DNA of 55,589 nucleotides from Steroidobacteraceae bacterium (GCA_036743675.1 DAINPA010000002.1:1-55589); one strand, 5' to 3'; numbered from the stretch's first letter, positions 35,974-44,342 are shown. The notes: a model not told the origin generated them from the sequence alone. Translations and numbers: made by a program.

Positions 35974-36951
35974 CTAGGTCGCCGGCACCGGGACCTGGGG
36001 CGCCGAGCGGTCCGAAGGCGGGAAGTCGGATTCCGTGTTGTCGGGCGCCGGGACCTGGGGCGCCGAGCGGTCCGAAGGCGGGAAGTCGGACCCGCTGTTG
36101 TCGGGCGCCGGGACCTGGGGCGCCGAGCGGTCCGAAGGCGGGAAGTCGGACCCGCTGTTGTCGGGCGCCGGCGGCCGGGCCATCGGCGGCGCGGGATTTG
36201 GCACCGAGGAGGTGTCCTTACTGTCCGGCTCCGGATCGGTCAACGGCTCCTCGGTGATTTTGCCGTCGGACACGAGAAAGGCGCGGCGTGCCAGGTAGGC
36301 GTCGCGAATGAAGACATACGGGTCATAGACGTTCTTGAGCGTCGAATCCAACGGCAACAGCGAGGCGCGGCGTTCGACCAGGTTGGGAACAATTAATCCA
36401 TACTTGACGTCGGTATTGCGAACGTACTGACGCGGATTGGTATAGGTGTCGACGGCCACGCCCGGCGCGTCGCGCAGATCCGATGGGCCGAGCAGCGGCA
36501 GCTCGATGAATGGGCCGGCATGTACGCCCCAATGACCGAGGGTCTGGCCGAAGTCTTCATCGTTGCGGTCCAATCCCGCGGAGGTCGCCGGGTCGAGCAG
36601 CCCGCCTATTCCGACCGTCGAATTGAGCAAGAAACGCCCGAGATCGTTGGTGGCCGCCATGAATTTGCCCTGCAGGGCGTCGTTGATCATCACCGTGGGC
36701 GTGTTGAGATTGGCGAAGAAGTTGCTGATGCCGGTACGGACGGGTTTCGGTACTACGCGCACATAGGCGCGCGCAACCGGCTTGGCGATCCCTCGGTCGA
36801 TGGCGTCGTTGAATTTGTAGACCCCGCGATTCCACGATTCCCACGGGTCTTGCGGCGAACGCGGGCTGTTCGGCGGTAGGGTAACGCAGGCGCTCAAAGT
36901 TGCTGCAACGATGATTGCGAGCGCGTGGCGCGCCAGCCTTATGATCAGCAT
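35974..36951 (-). CDS. mlaA: Outer-membrane lipoprotein MlaA (VacJ family) with a repeat-containing Pro-rich C-terminal extension
   Basis: Lipobox ATLSAC. VacJ core DPWESWNRGVYKFNDAIDRGIAKPVARAY...INDALQGKF...NSTVGIGGLLDPAT...EDFGQTLGHWGV. About 80 extra C-terminal residues containing three 20-aa repeats. Confidence 0.92.
   Translation of the reverse strand: MLIIRLARHALAIIVAATLSACVTLPPNSPRSPQDPWESWNRGVYKFNDAIDRGIAKPVARAYVRVVPKPVRTGISNFFANLNTPTVMINDALQGKFMAATNDLGRFLLNSTVGIGGLLDPATSAGLDRNDEDFGQTLGHWGVHAGPFIELPLLGPSDLRDAPGVAVDTYTNPRQYVRNTDVKYGLIVPNLVERRASLLPLDSTLKNVYDPYVFIRDAYLARRAFLVSDGKITEEPLTDPEPDSKDTSSVPNPAPPMARPPAPDNSGSDFPPSDRSAPQVPAPDNSGSDFPPSDRSAPQVPAPDNTESDFPPSDRSAPQVPVPAT
35988..36170. 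repeat. 60-bp tandem repeat, about 3 copies, in frame within the mlaA 3' end
   Basis: The unit CCGGGACCTGGGGCGCCGAGCGGTCCGAAGGCGGGAAGTCGGA(N6)TGTTGTCGGGCG begins at 35988, 36048 and 36108. By my reading, copies 2 and 3 are identical and copy 1 differs at 4 positions. It encodes PAPDN(S/T)(G/E)SDFPPSDRSAPQV three times. Confidence 0.95.
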
Positions 36952-37021
36952 GATATGTCGATCTCCCTTAAAAATGGCGGCCGTGCAGCTACCGGTGCGC
37001 GATTGCGATCTCCGGCCGCGG

Positions 37022-38572
37022 TCAATGCCGGCCGTTTCCGCTTCCGCTGTCGTCCGCCACCGTATTTTTTCGATTTTTTGGCATTGCCGCCCGCACTTCT
37101 TCGAGCATGGCGCTGATTCGAGCGCGCTGAATGGGGTTCAAATTAGGCAGTCCCAAGGCGAGTTGCAATTGATTCGACGCCGACAAGAGGTCGCCGTTCA
37201 TGAGATAAAAATCAGCCATGTAATAGTACGAGTCGGCAATATTGCCGGCCGCATTCGCCGCCTTGGCAACCAGTCTCGCCTGGTTGGGCGTCGGTTCCAC
37301 TTGATTGAACAGATCGTCGAGAATCAGCTGCGCGCGCTGATTGTCGCCCGCGCGCATCAATGTTTCCGCCAGACGAAGCGTGATCGGCACATTGCGGGGA
37401 AACAGCAGCAGGGCCTTGTCCAGCACGGCCTGCGACTCCTTGGGTTCGCCATTTGCTAGGTACGCCTGCCCCAGGGTCCCATAAAATTGCGTCACCTTCG
37501 GATATTCGCGCAGCAGCGCCCGCAGATCGGGTATCGCAGCGGCCGGATCCCGGGCATAGATGTCGGCGACCGCCTTGCCGTAGCGGTCCTGGACGGTCAG
37601 GCCCGCGCCATTTTTCAACAAATGAGCGTAGTACTCGCGCGCAGCCTGCGGGTTCTGCACCAAGGACCTCAGGCGCTCGCGTATCAGCAAGTAGCTGAGC
37701 GAATCCGCGCGGCTAATCCGTCCGATCTGCTCGGCGCGATTGCGTGCCTCCGCAACGCGCTCGGCCGACAGCGGGTGATCGAGCAAGAATTCGATCTGCT
37801 TGGTTCGGCTCGGCTCGGGCCCCATTCTCTCCAGAGCTTGAAAAAAACTCGCCATCGCCAACGGATCGTAGCCGGCGCTCGCCATGGTGCCGATCCCGAC
37901 CCGGTCGGCCTCGAATTCCTGGCTCCGCGTGTAATTGATTTGATGCTGAATCGCGGCGCTTTGGGTCGCCAGGATGGCGCCCTCCATGGCGCCCGGGTCG
38001 CCGCGCCCCGCGGTCGCGCCCAGCAGAATCGCGGCCAGCATGGCCGCCACGGACACGAGGCCCGCATGCGTTTGGTCGATCATGCCGCGCACCAGATGCC
38101 GCTGGGTGACGTGCGCGGTCTCGTGAGCCATCACCCCGGCAAGCTCGTTTTCGTTGTGCGTGGCAACGATCAAGCCGCTGTTGATGGCAATGAAGCCCCC
38201 CGGCATCGCGAAGGCGTTGATGGCCGGATCGCGCACCACGAAGTAATTGAACTGGTGCTGGCCCTCTTCGGCATGGCTCGACAGGCTATGGCCGATTTCC
38301 TGGATGTAATCGCTGACCTCGGGGTCTTCGATGACCAATCCCTGGGCCCGCATCTGCCGGGCCCACATCCGGCCGACTTGATACTCCTCCTCGAGCGATA
38401 CCGCGGCGGTGGCGGGACTGCCGAGATCCGGCAGTTCCTGATCGGTCGCGCTCGAGCCGGCGGCCCAGGCGACATTCATGCTCGCGCCGACCGTAAAAGC
38501 GGCCGCAAGGGCGCTCCAGGATCCTTTGGCGATCCAAGATTTCAGGTCGGTCACCGATCTCAATAGCCTCAA
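37022..38572 (-). CDS. bepA: M48 metalloprotease with TPR domain (BepA/YfgC-like beta-barrel assembly-enhancing protease)
   Basis: HETAHVTQRH zinc motif, EFEADRVG, LLDHPLSAERV, and C-terminal TPR-like repeats. The start is uncertain: TTG 38572, TTG 38563 or GTG 38554 give a plausible signal peptide (...SALAAAFTVGASMNVAWA). The ORF-track ATG 38701 adds 43 non-signal-like residues and overlaps the upstream gene by 20 nt. Confidence 0.88.
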   Translation of the reverse strand: MRLLRSVTDLKSWIAKGSWSALAAAFTVGASMNVAWAAGSSATDQELPDLGSPATAAVSLEEEYQVGRMWARQMRAQGLVIEDPEVSDYIQEIGHSLSSHAEEGQHQFNYFVVRDPAINAFAMPGGFIAINSGLIVATHNENELAGVMAHETAHVTQRHLVRGMIDQTHAGLVSVAAMLAAILLGATAGRGDPGAMEGAILATQSAAIQHQINYTRSQEFEADRVGIGTMASAGYDPLAMASFFQALERMGPEPSRTKQIEFLLDHPLSAERVAEARNRAEQIGRISRADSLSYLLIRERLRSLVQNPQAAREYYAHLLKNGAGLTVQDRYGKAVADIYARDPAAAIPDLRALLREYPKVTQFYGTLGQAYLANGEPKESQAVLDKALLLFPRNVPITLRLAETLMRAGDNQRAQLILDDLFNQVEPTPNQARLVAKAANAAGNIADSYYYMADFYLMNGDLLSASNQLQLALGLPNLNPIQRARISAMLEEVRAAMPKNRKNTVADDSGSGNGRH

Positions 38573-38681
38573 TGTCGCCTCCGGCAATCTCCATTGGAGT
38601 GCCCTAGGTACTCCAAAGTTCGCACATCCGTGCCGCGATACCCATTGCTTGGGCTCCGCAGCGCTCAATGCAAGGATCAAG

Positions 38682-40136
38682 TCAAAGGACTTCGGATGCA
38701 TAGTCTGCCAGACGCGAACGCTCGCCGCGCATCAGCGTGATGTGCCCCGAATAGGCCCATCCGTGGAAGCGGTTGACCACATAAGTCAGGCCGGTCGTGG
38801 TTTCGGTGAGATAAGGCGTGTCGATTTGTGCGATGTTGCCGAGACAGACCATCTTGGTTCCCGGCCCCGCGCGGGTCACCAATGTCTTCATCTGCTTGGG
38901 CGTCAGGTTTTGAGCCTCATCGATGATGATGAAGCGGTTCAGGAAGGTCCGGCCGCGCATGAAGTTCAGCGATCTGATCTTGATGCGATGGCGCAGCAAG
39001 TCGGTGGTCGCTCCCCGCCCCCAAGTTCCGCCGGACTGGCTCTGCGTCAGGACCTCCAAATTGTCCATCAACGCACCCATCCAGGGTTCCATCTTTTCCT
39101 CCTCGGTGCCGGGCAGGAAACCGATGTCTTCGCCCAGAGGAACCGTCACGCGCGTCATGATGATCTCGCTGAACCGATTGTGATCCAATGTCTGGGCGAG
39201 GCCTGCCGCCAGCGTCAACAGCGTCTTGCCGGTGCCGGCGGGTCCCAGAACCGTGACGAAATCGATTTCCGGATCCATCAATAAATTCAGCGCCAGATTC
39301 TGCTCGCGGTTGCGCGAACTGACTCCCCACACATTGTTGCGCTCGGTGCGGTAATCGACCGTGAGTTCGAGAATGGCCGATTCGCCCTCGCGCTTGCGCA
39401 CGATCGCCTCCACGCCGTTCTCGCCCGGGTCATAGACGAAGTGATTGGTTTGCCACTCGCGCACCAACGGTCCGCGGACTCGATAAAAAGTGCGGCTCTG
39501 CTGCTGCCACGACTCCATGCCTTTGCCGTGCTTTTCCCAGAAGTTGGGCGGCAGGCGCTGTACGCCGCTGATCAGCAGATCCGCATCTTCGATGGTCTTG
39601 TCGCTGGAGTAATCCTCGGCCTGCACTCCGACGATTGCCGCCTTGATGCGCAGATTGATGTCCTTGGAGACCAAGGTCACGCGGGCCAGGGGGAATTTAT
39701 GTTGCAGCGCCAGGGTATCGGCGAGAATGGCGTTGTCGGCCCCGTGGCCGGGCAGGCTCGCCGGAAGCACCGATTCCAGCAGCTGGGTTTGAAAAAACAG
39801 CCGGCCGCCCGGCGGACGCTTCCCGTGATTGATCGGCACCGCGATCGGCAGAGCGAGACCGCGGTCGATCTGCTTCTTGCTCGCGTTGCGCATGAGTTCG
39901 TCGAGAAAGCGGCTGACCTGTCGCACGTTGCGTGCAGACTCCGACAGGCCCTTCTTGCCGGCGTCGAGTTCCTCGAGCACCGTCATCGGTATGTAGATAT
40001 CGTGCTCTTCGAAGCGAAAGATCGCGGTCGGGTCGTGCATCAGCACGTTGGTGTCGAGTACGAAAATGCGCCGCGTCCGCTTAGGCGAACGTCCTTTTTC
40101 TACCGCGGCTTTGACGGGCCGCAAGGCGGCCGTCAC
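38682..40136 (-). CDS. PIN-domain + PhoH-like ATPase (PhoH2/YlaK family)
   Basis: PIN: RIFVLDTNVLMHDPTAIFRFEEHDIYIPMTVLEELD. PhoH: Walker A VLGPAGTGKTLL, IIIDEAQNLTP. GTG 40136 overlaps the bcp stop (GTGA). The ORF-track extension to 40466 overlaps bcp and is rejected. Confidence 0.88.
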   Translation of the reverse strand: MTAALRPVKAAVEKGRSPKRTRRIFVLDTNVLMHDPTAIFRFEEHDIYIPMTVLEELDAGKKGLSESARNVRQVSRFLDELMRNASKKQIDRGLALPIAVPINHGKRPPGGRLFFQTQLLESVLPASLPGHGADNAILADTLALQHKFPLARVTLVSKDINLRIKAAIVGVQAEDYSSDKTIEDADLLISGVQRLPPNFWEKHGKGMESWQQQSRTFYRVRGPLVREWQTNHFVYDPGENGVEAIVRKREGESAILELTVDYRTERNNVWGVSSRNREQNLALNLLMDPEIDFVTVLGPAGTGKTLLTLAAGLAQTLDHNRFSEIIMTRVTVPLGEDIGFLPGTEEEKMEPWMGALMDNLEVLTQSQSGGTWGRGATTDLLRHRIKIRSLNFMRGRTFLNRFIIIDEAQNLTPKQMKTLVTRAGPGTKMVCLGNIAQIDTPYLTETTTGLTYVVNRFHGWAYSGHITLMRGERSRLADYASEVL

Positions 40137-40597
40137 AGTGCCTTCACCGCCGCCAGCACCGACTCGGTATGGCCGTTGACCTGCACCTTGCGCCATTCCT
40201 GGCGAAGCAGCCCCGAGGCGTCGATGAGAAAGGTGCTGCGCTCCACGCCAAGGTATTTCTTTCCGTACATGCTTTTTTCGCGGATCACGTCGTACAGTTT
40301 GCACGCCGTTTGATCGGGATCGCTCAGAAGTTCGAACGGGAAGCCCATTTTGTTCTTGAACTTGACATGCGACTCGACGGTGTCCGGGGAGATTCCGCGG
40401 ATCAGAGTCTTCAATTTCTTGAATTGGGCGTGCGCGGCGGCGAAGCTCGCGCCTTCCCGGGTGCAACCCGGGGTATTATCGCGGGGATAGAAATAGATGA
40501 CCACGTTGCTCCCGCCGGCATCCTTCAGCGACCAGGACCCGCCGCTACCCTCAAGCGTGAAGGGCGGGGCCTTTCGGCCGACTTCGATCTTACTCAT
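40133..40597 (-). CDS. bcp: Thiol peroxidase Bcp (peroxiredoxin Q type)
   Basis: VVIYFYPRDNTPGCTREG catalytic motif. 154 aa. Next to gcvR as in E. coli. Confidence 0.93.
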   Translation of the reverse strand: MSKIEVGRKAPPFTLEGSGGSWSLKDAGGSNVVIYFYPRDNTPGCTREGASFAAAHAQFKKLKTLIRGISPDTVESHVKFKNKMGFPFELLSDPDQTACKLYDVIREKSMYGKKYLGVERSTFLIDASGLLRQEWRKVQVNGHTESVLAAVKAL

Positions 40598-40619
40598 GTG
40601 CTAAGGCTCCGGGCGCCGC

Positions 40620-41150
40620 TTAATTTTTCACAGGTTCGAAAATGGCATCCAAATTCAAGTGATCGCAAAAATCCATGAATTCCTCCCGTAATACGCCGAT
40701 GTGCAAGCGGCTCGGCACGTTCACGATCAGCTGCACCGAGAACATCGGCGCGCCGGTGTGAGCGGCCGCATAGGAACGCGTGGATAGTTCGGCGATATCC
40801 ACCGCGCGCTGTGAAAAAAAGCCGGACAACCCCGCCACGATGCCGGTCTGGTCGAGGCACACCACGTCGATGGAGTAGGGCAGCATGTCGCTGCGTGCGG
40901 CGCGTTCCTCGGTGCGCCGCAATTGGATATTCATGCCGGTGGCATCGGCCAGCTTCTTGAACTCGCCCTCGAGTTTGGCAAGGGTGTGCCAGTTGCCGTT
41001 CACCAGCAGCAGCATGGCGAACTCGTTGCCGAGCGAGGTCATGCGGCTTTCGCTGATGCTGCCGCCGCAATCGGCCACGGCTTTGGAAAGTTCGTGCACC
41101 ATGCCGACGCGGTCGCTGCCGACGGCGCAAATCACGATATGTTGTTTCAT
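40620..41150 (-). CDS. gcvR: Glycine cleavage system transcriptional repressor GcvR-like (tandem ACT domains)
   Basis: From ATG 41150: MKQHIVICAVGSDRVGMVHELSKAVADCGGSISESRMTSLGNEFAMLLLV. Second ACT domain: YSIDVVCLDQTGIVAGLSGFFSQRAVDI. Divergent from dapA as in E. coli. Confidence 0.8.
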   Translation of the reverse strand: MKQHIVICAVGSDRVGMVHELSKAVADCGGSISESRMTSLGNEFAMLLLVNGNWHTLAKLEGEFKKLADATGMNIQLRRTEERAARSDMLPYSIDVVCLDQTGIVAGLSGFFSQRAVDIAELSTRSYAAAHTGAPMFSVQLIVNVPSRLHIGVLREEFMDFCDHLNLDAIFEPVKN

Positions 41151-41235
41151 TGGCGCAAATTCTACCGGATGGACGCTTGCCACGGTGCATGTCCAGCACT
41201 TAAGGTAGCGATTATTTCCTTTTGGAGTTTCTTGA

Positions 41236-42126
41236 ATGTTTCGCGGATGCCTGGTCGCCATTGTGACGCCCATGACCGCCGACGGCGGCTTGGACTGGAC
41301 GGCGTGGGAACGGCTGCTTGATTTTCACATGCGCGAGGGCACGAACGGCATCGTTGTCGCAGGCACCACCGGCGAATCGCCTACACTTGCGCTCGAGGAG
41401 ATAGAGGAGCTGACCCGCAGGGCCGTGGCGCGCTGCAGCGGAAAACTCAAGGTGATCGTCGGCGCCGGGACACACTCGACCTCGAGCACGGTGGCCCGCA
41501 CGCGCGAGTTGTCCAGGCTGGGCGTCGATGCGGTCATGCTGGTGACTCCCTACTACAACAAGCCGCCGCAGGAAGGCCTGTACCGGCACTTCATGTCCGC
41601 CGCGGATGCCTCGGCGGCGCCGATCATGCTTTACAACGTGCCGAATCGTACGGCGGTGGACATGTTGCCCGCCACCACCGCACGGCTGGCGCGGCATCCG
41701 CTGATCCGGGCGGTCAAGGACGCGAGCGCATCGATGGGCCGCGTGCGTGATTTGTTGGCGGCATGTCCTGCCCAATTTTCGGTGTTGTCCGGCGACGATG
41801 CCACCGCCATCGACTGGATCGGCGCGGGAGCGCACGGAGTCGTGTCGGTTTCGGCCAATGTCGCGCCGCGCCGCATGCGCGAGGCGTGCCTGGCGGCCCT
41901 GGGCGGGGACATGGCGGCCGCCCGCGCCCTGGATGCCGATCTGCAGCCGCTGCACAGGGACTTGTTTGTCGAAGCGAACCCGATTGCGGTAAAATGGGCG
42001 GTTGCGAAAATGGGGCTCATCGGGAACGCATTGCGCTTACCGCTGGTCGAATTGTCGCCCGCGCACCACGAGACGGTGCTGCGCGCGATGGCGGCGGCGG
42101 GAATTATCAAGGAACGAGCAGCATGA
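41236..42126 (+). CDS. dapA: 4-hydroxy-tetrahydrodipicolinate synthase
   Basis: GGAG lies 8 nt upstream. Motifs VAIVTPM, VVAGTTGESPTL, YYNKPPQEGLYRHF, AVKDAS. Confidence 0.96.
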   Translation: MFRGCLVAIVTPMTADGGLDWTAWERLLDFHMREGTNGIVVAGTTGESPTLALEEIEELTRRAVARCSGKLKVIVGAGTHSTSSTVARTRELSRLGVDAVMLVTPYYNKPPQEGLYRHFMSAADASAAPIMLYNVPNRTAVDMLPATTARLARHPLIRAVKDASASMGRVRDLLAACPAQFSVLSGDDATAIDWIGAGAHGVVSVSANVAPRRMREACLAALGGDMAAARALDADLQPLHRDLFVEANPIAVKWAVAKMGLIGNALRLPLVELSPAHHETVLRAMAAAGIIKERAA

Positions 42127-42410
42127 GCCTTGACAGGATGGTTTTGATCGTCGCCGCGGCGCTGCTCGCGAGCGGCTGCCACAGGTTCAGCAAGGCCGTT
42201 CCGGACTGTCATCGGCCGCAGGAGTACCAAACCGCCGTGCAACTGGCGCCGCTGAAGGTTCCGGCGGGCCTCGATACGCCGAATACTCAAAGTGCGCTGG
42301 TGATTCCCACGCTGGAAATCGCCCCGCCGTCGCAGGCAGCGAACGCCGCCTGTCTGGATACGCCGCCTCGCTACAAGCCCGCGTCGGCCAACAAGGCGGC
42401 CACCGGCTAG
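42123..42410 (+). CDS. Small lipoprotein corresponding to the N-terminal segment of BamC (NlpB) only
   Basis: ATGA overlap with the dapA stop, the canonical bamC position. Lipobox LLASGC. QEYQTAVQLAPLKVPAGLDTP...ALVIPTLEIAPPSQAAN parallels E. coli BamC [21 protein letters not shown]...YAIPV...ALDIRPPAQPLA. Only 95 aa. The E. coli sequence and its 344-aa length are recalled from memory. Confidence 0.6.
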   Translation: MSLDRMVLIVAAALLASGCHRFSKAVPDCHRPQEYQTAVQLAPLKVPAGLDTPNTQSALVIPTLEIAPPSQAANAACLDTPPRYKPASANKAATG

Positions 42411-42478
42411 ATTTGATCGCCCCAGCGGCCTCCGGTACCCTTGCGCACCCGCTTAGATTCGGTTTTGGATTATTGTGT

Positions 42479-42570
42479 GGAGAGGTGGCCGAGTGGTCGA
42501 AGGCGCTCGCCTGGAAAGTGAGTAACATCCCAAAAGGTGTTCGAGGGTTCGAATCCCTCCCTCTCCGCCA
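42479..42570 (+). tRNA. tRNA-Ser (anticodon GGA), CCA encoded
   Basis: Hand-folded cloverleaf. Acceptor GGAGAGG/CCTCTCC. Anticodon stem CTCGC/GTGAG with loop CTGGAAA. Long variable arm ACATC-CCAAAA-GGTGT. T arm GAGGG-TTCGAAT-CCCTC. 3' GCCA. Confidence 0.9.
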
Positions 42571-42589
42571 TCCGCCACCATGAGTCTAT

Positions 42590-42704
42590 GGCGGCTCGCG
42601 TTGGCATCTTCGCGACGACTGGCCACGAACCCCGTCAGGCCCGGAAGGGAGCAGCGGTAGAGGCTTCATGTCGGGCGCCGAAGGCCAAGCTGGCGCGGGC
42701 CGCC
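42590..42704 (+). ncRNA. ffs: Signal recognition particle RNA (4.5S RNA, ffs)
   Basis: The conserved domain IV core GTCAGGCCCGGAAGGGAGCAGC matches E. coli GUCAGGUCCGGAAGGAAGCAGC. The terminal helix GGCGGCTCGCG...CGCGGGCCGCC closes a hairpin of about 115 nt. Boundaries are approximate. Confidence 0.85.
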
Positions 42705-42764
42705 TCCTTAGTCGTGCACGGTTTCCCGTGCGCGCCTGCAACGCGTAACGGCTAAACTGAGTGC

Positions 42765-44342
42765 ATGAGCTATATCGTATTAGCGCGTAAATGGCGCCCC
42801 AAACGCTTCGCCGAATTGGTGGGGCAGGAGCACGTGGTGCGTGCCCTCAGCAATGCGCTCGACAGCGGCAAGGTGCATCACGCCTTTCTGTTCACGGGCA
42901 CCCGTGGCGTGGGCAAGACCACGGTCGCGCGCATCCTGGCCAAATCGCTCAACTGCGAAGCCGGCCTCAGCGCGAACCCTTGCGGCACGTGCGCGGCGTG
43001 CCGGGAAATCGACGAGGGCCGATTCGTCGATCTCATCGAGGTCGACGCGGCATCGCGCACCAAGGTCGACGACACGCGAGAGTTGCTGGACAACGTGCAG
43101 TACGCGCCGACCCGAGGCCGCTACAAGGTGTATCTGGTCGACGAAGTGCACATGCTGTCGAATCATTCGTTCAACGCGTTGTTGAAAACGCTCGAAGAGC
43201 CTCCGCCCCACGTCAAATTCCTGCTGGCCACCACCGACCCGCAGAAGCTGCCGGTCACGGTGCTGTCGCGCTGCCTGCAGTTCAGCCTCAAACGCCTCTC
43301 GGCGAACCTCATCGGTGAGCGCTTGAAATTCATCGCGGCCGCGGAGAGCTTGGGCTACGAAGCCGCGGCGCTCGCTCTGCTTGCGCGAGCCGCCGACGGC
43401 AGCATGCGTGACGCCTTGAGCCTGCTGGATCAGCTGATCGCCTTTGGCGGCGGTGCGCTGAACGAATCGAATGCGCGGGCGATGCTCGGGACCATCGATC
43501 GCGGCCATGTGACGCGGATCGTGGAGGCGTTGTCGCGCGCGGATGGGCCTGGATTGCTGGCGCAGGTACGCGAACTCGACCGCGATGCGCCCGACTATGA
43601 TCGCGCGCTGGTCGACTTGGCCGCGTTGTTGCAGCGCATTGCGATCGCGCAGATTGTCCCTGAGACAGCTCCACAGGATGAGGACTTCGACGCCCCGACC
43701 TTGTCGCGCTTGGGCGCGGCCATGTCGGCCGAGGATGTGCAGCTCTATTACCAGATCGCATTGGCCGGCCGGCGCGATCTGTCCATGGCACCGGAGCCGC
43801 GGCTTGGCTTCGAGATGACCTTGCTCAGGATGCTGGCATTTCGCCCCGATACGGTCGCGGCGGTAGTCGGTACGGCGAGCGTTGCGGCCGTCGGCACGGC
43901 GAGTGCGACGGCGAGCGTGACGGGCGGCGTGGCGGTGGGCGCGCCGGCCGCGCTGGCGATCGACGCGGGCACTTGGCCCGCCGTGGTCGAGGCGGCGGGC
44001 TTGAGTGGCTTGACGCGCCAGTTCGCCTTGAACTGCGTGCCGTCCTCATTTGAGAACGATGTGCTCACATTGCGTCTCGATCAACCGGCCGCGGAACGGC
44101 GCACGCGGTCCACCGAGGAAAAGCTCGTGCAAGGATTGAGCAAATATCTTGGCCGCAACATGCGCATCGTCTTCAATGTCGCGGAGGGAACCCTCGCCAC
44201 ACCCGCGCGGCAACGAGCGGCGGCGGAGCAGGACAAGGCGGCGCGCGCTGCGGCCGACTTCGAGCAGGATCCTGCGGTCAAGGGTTTGCGTGAACGTTTC
44301 GGTGCCGAGGTGGATGCCGCTTCGGTGAAGCCGGTGAACTAG
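42765..44342 (+). CDS. dnaX: DNA polymerase III subunit tau (DnaX)
   Basis: [25 protein letters not shown], Walker [10 protein letters not shown], zinc module [10 protein letters not shown], and YLVDEVHML. 525 aa. No A-AAA-AAG slippery site seen. Confidence 0.95.
   Translation: MSYIVLARKWRPKRFAELVGQEHVVRALSNALDSGKVHHAFLFTGTRGVGKTTVARILAKSLNCEAGLSANPCGTCAACREIDEGRFVDLIEVDAASRTKVDDTRELLDNVQYAPTRGRYKVYLVDEVHMLSNHSFNALLKTLEEPPPHVKFLLATTDPQKLPVTVLSRCLQFSLKRLSANLIGERLKFIAAAESLGYEAAALALLARAADGSMRDALSLLDQLIAFGGGALNESNARAMLGTIDRGHVTRIVEALSRADGPGLLAQVRELDRDAPDYDRALVDLAALLQRIAIAQIVPETAPQDEDFDAPTLSRLGAAMSAEDVQLYYQIALAGRRDLSMAPEPRLGFEMTLLRMLAFRPDTVAAVVGTASVAAVGTASATASVTGGVAVGAPAALAIDAGTWPAVVEAAGLSGLTRQFALNCVPSSFENDVLTLRLDQPAAERRTRSTEEKLVQGLSKYLGRNMRIVFNVAEGTLATPARQRAAAEQDKAARAAADFEQDPAVKGLRERFGAEVDAASVKPVN

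Noticed and set aside
35988-36170. The possibility that the 60-bp repeats are a small CRISPR array.
   Set aside because: The copies are directly adjacent with no spacers, lie in frame within a coding sequence, and no cas genes are present.
35749-36396. 215-aa plus-strand ORF with the striking repeats GRRDLGRRAVRRREVG.
   Set aside because: It is the mirror image of the 60-bp tandem repeat in the mlaA tail, read on the opposite strand. mlaA on the minus strand has a lipobox and the full VacJ core, so the plus-strand ORF is a shadow.
42479-42765. The tRNA-Ser gene as an integration site for a genomic island.
   Set aside because: The flanks are dapA/bamC-like on one side and SRP RNA/dnaX on the other. 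I saw no integrase, no direct repeat of the tRNA 3' end and no compositional break.
42765-44342. A programmed -1 frameshift site for a gamma subunit in dnaX.
   Set aside because: I found no A-AAA-AAG-type slippery heptamer in the gene. The longest A run I saw is AAAA in GGAAAAGC near 44117.
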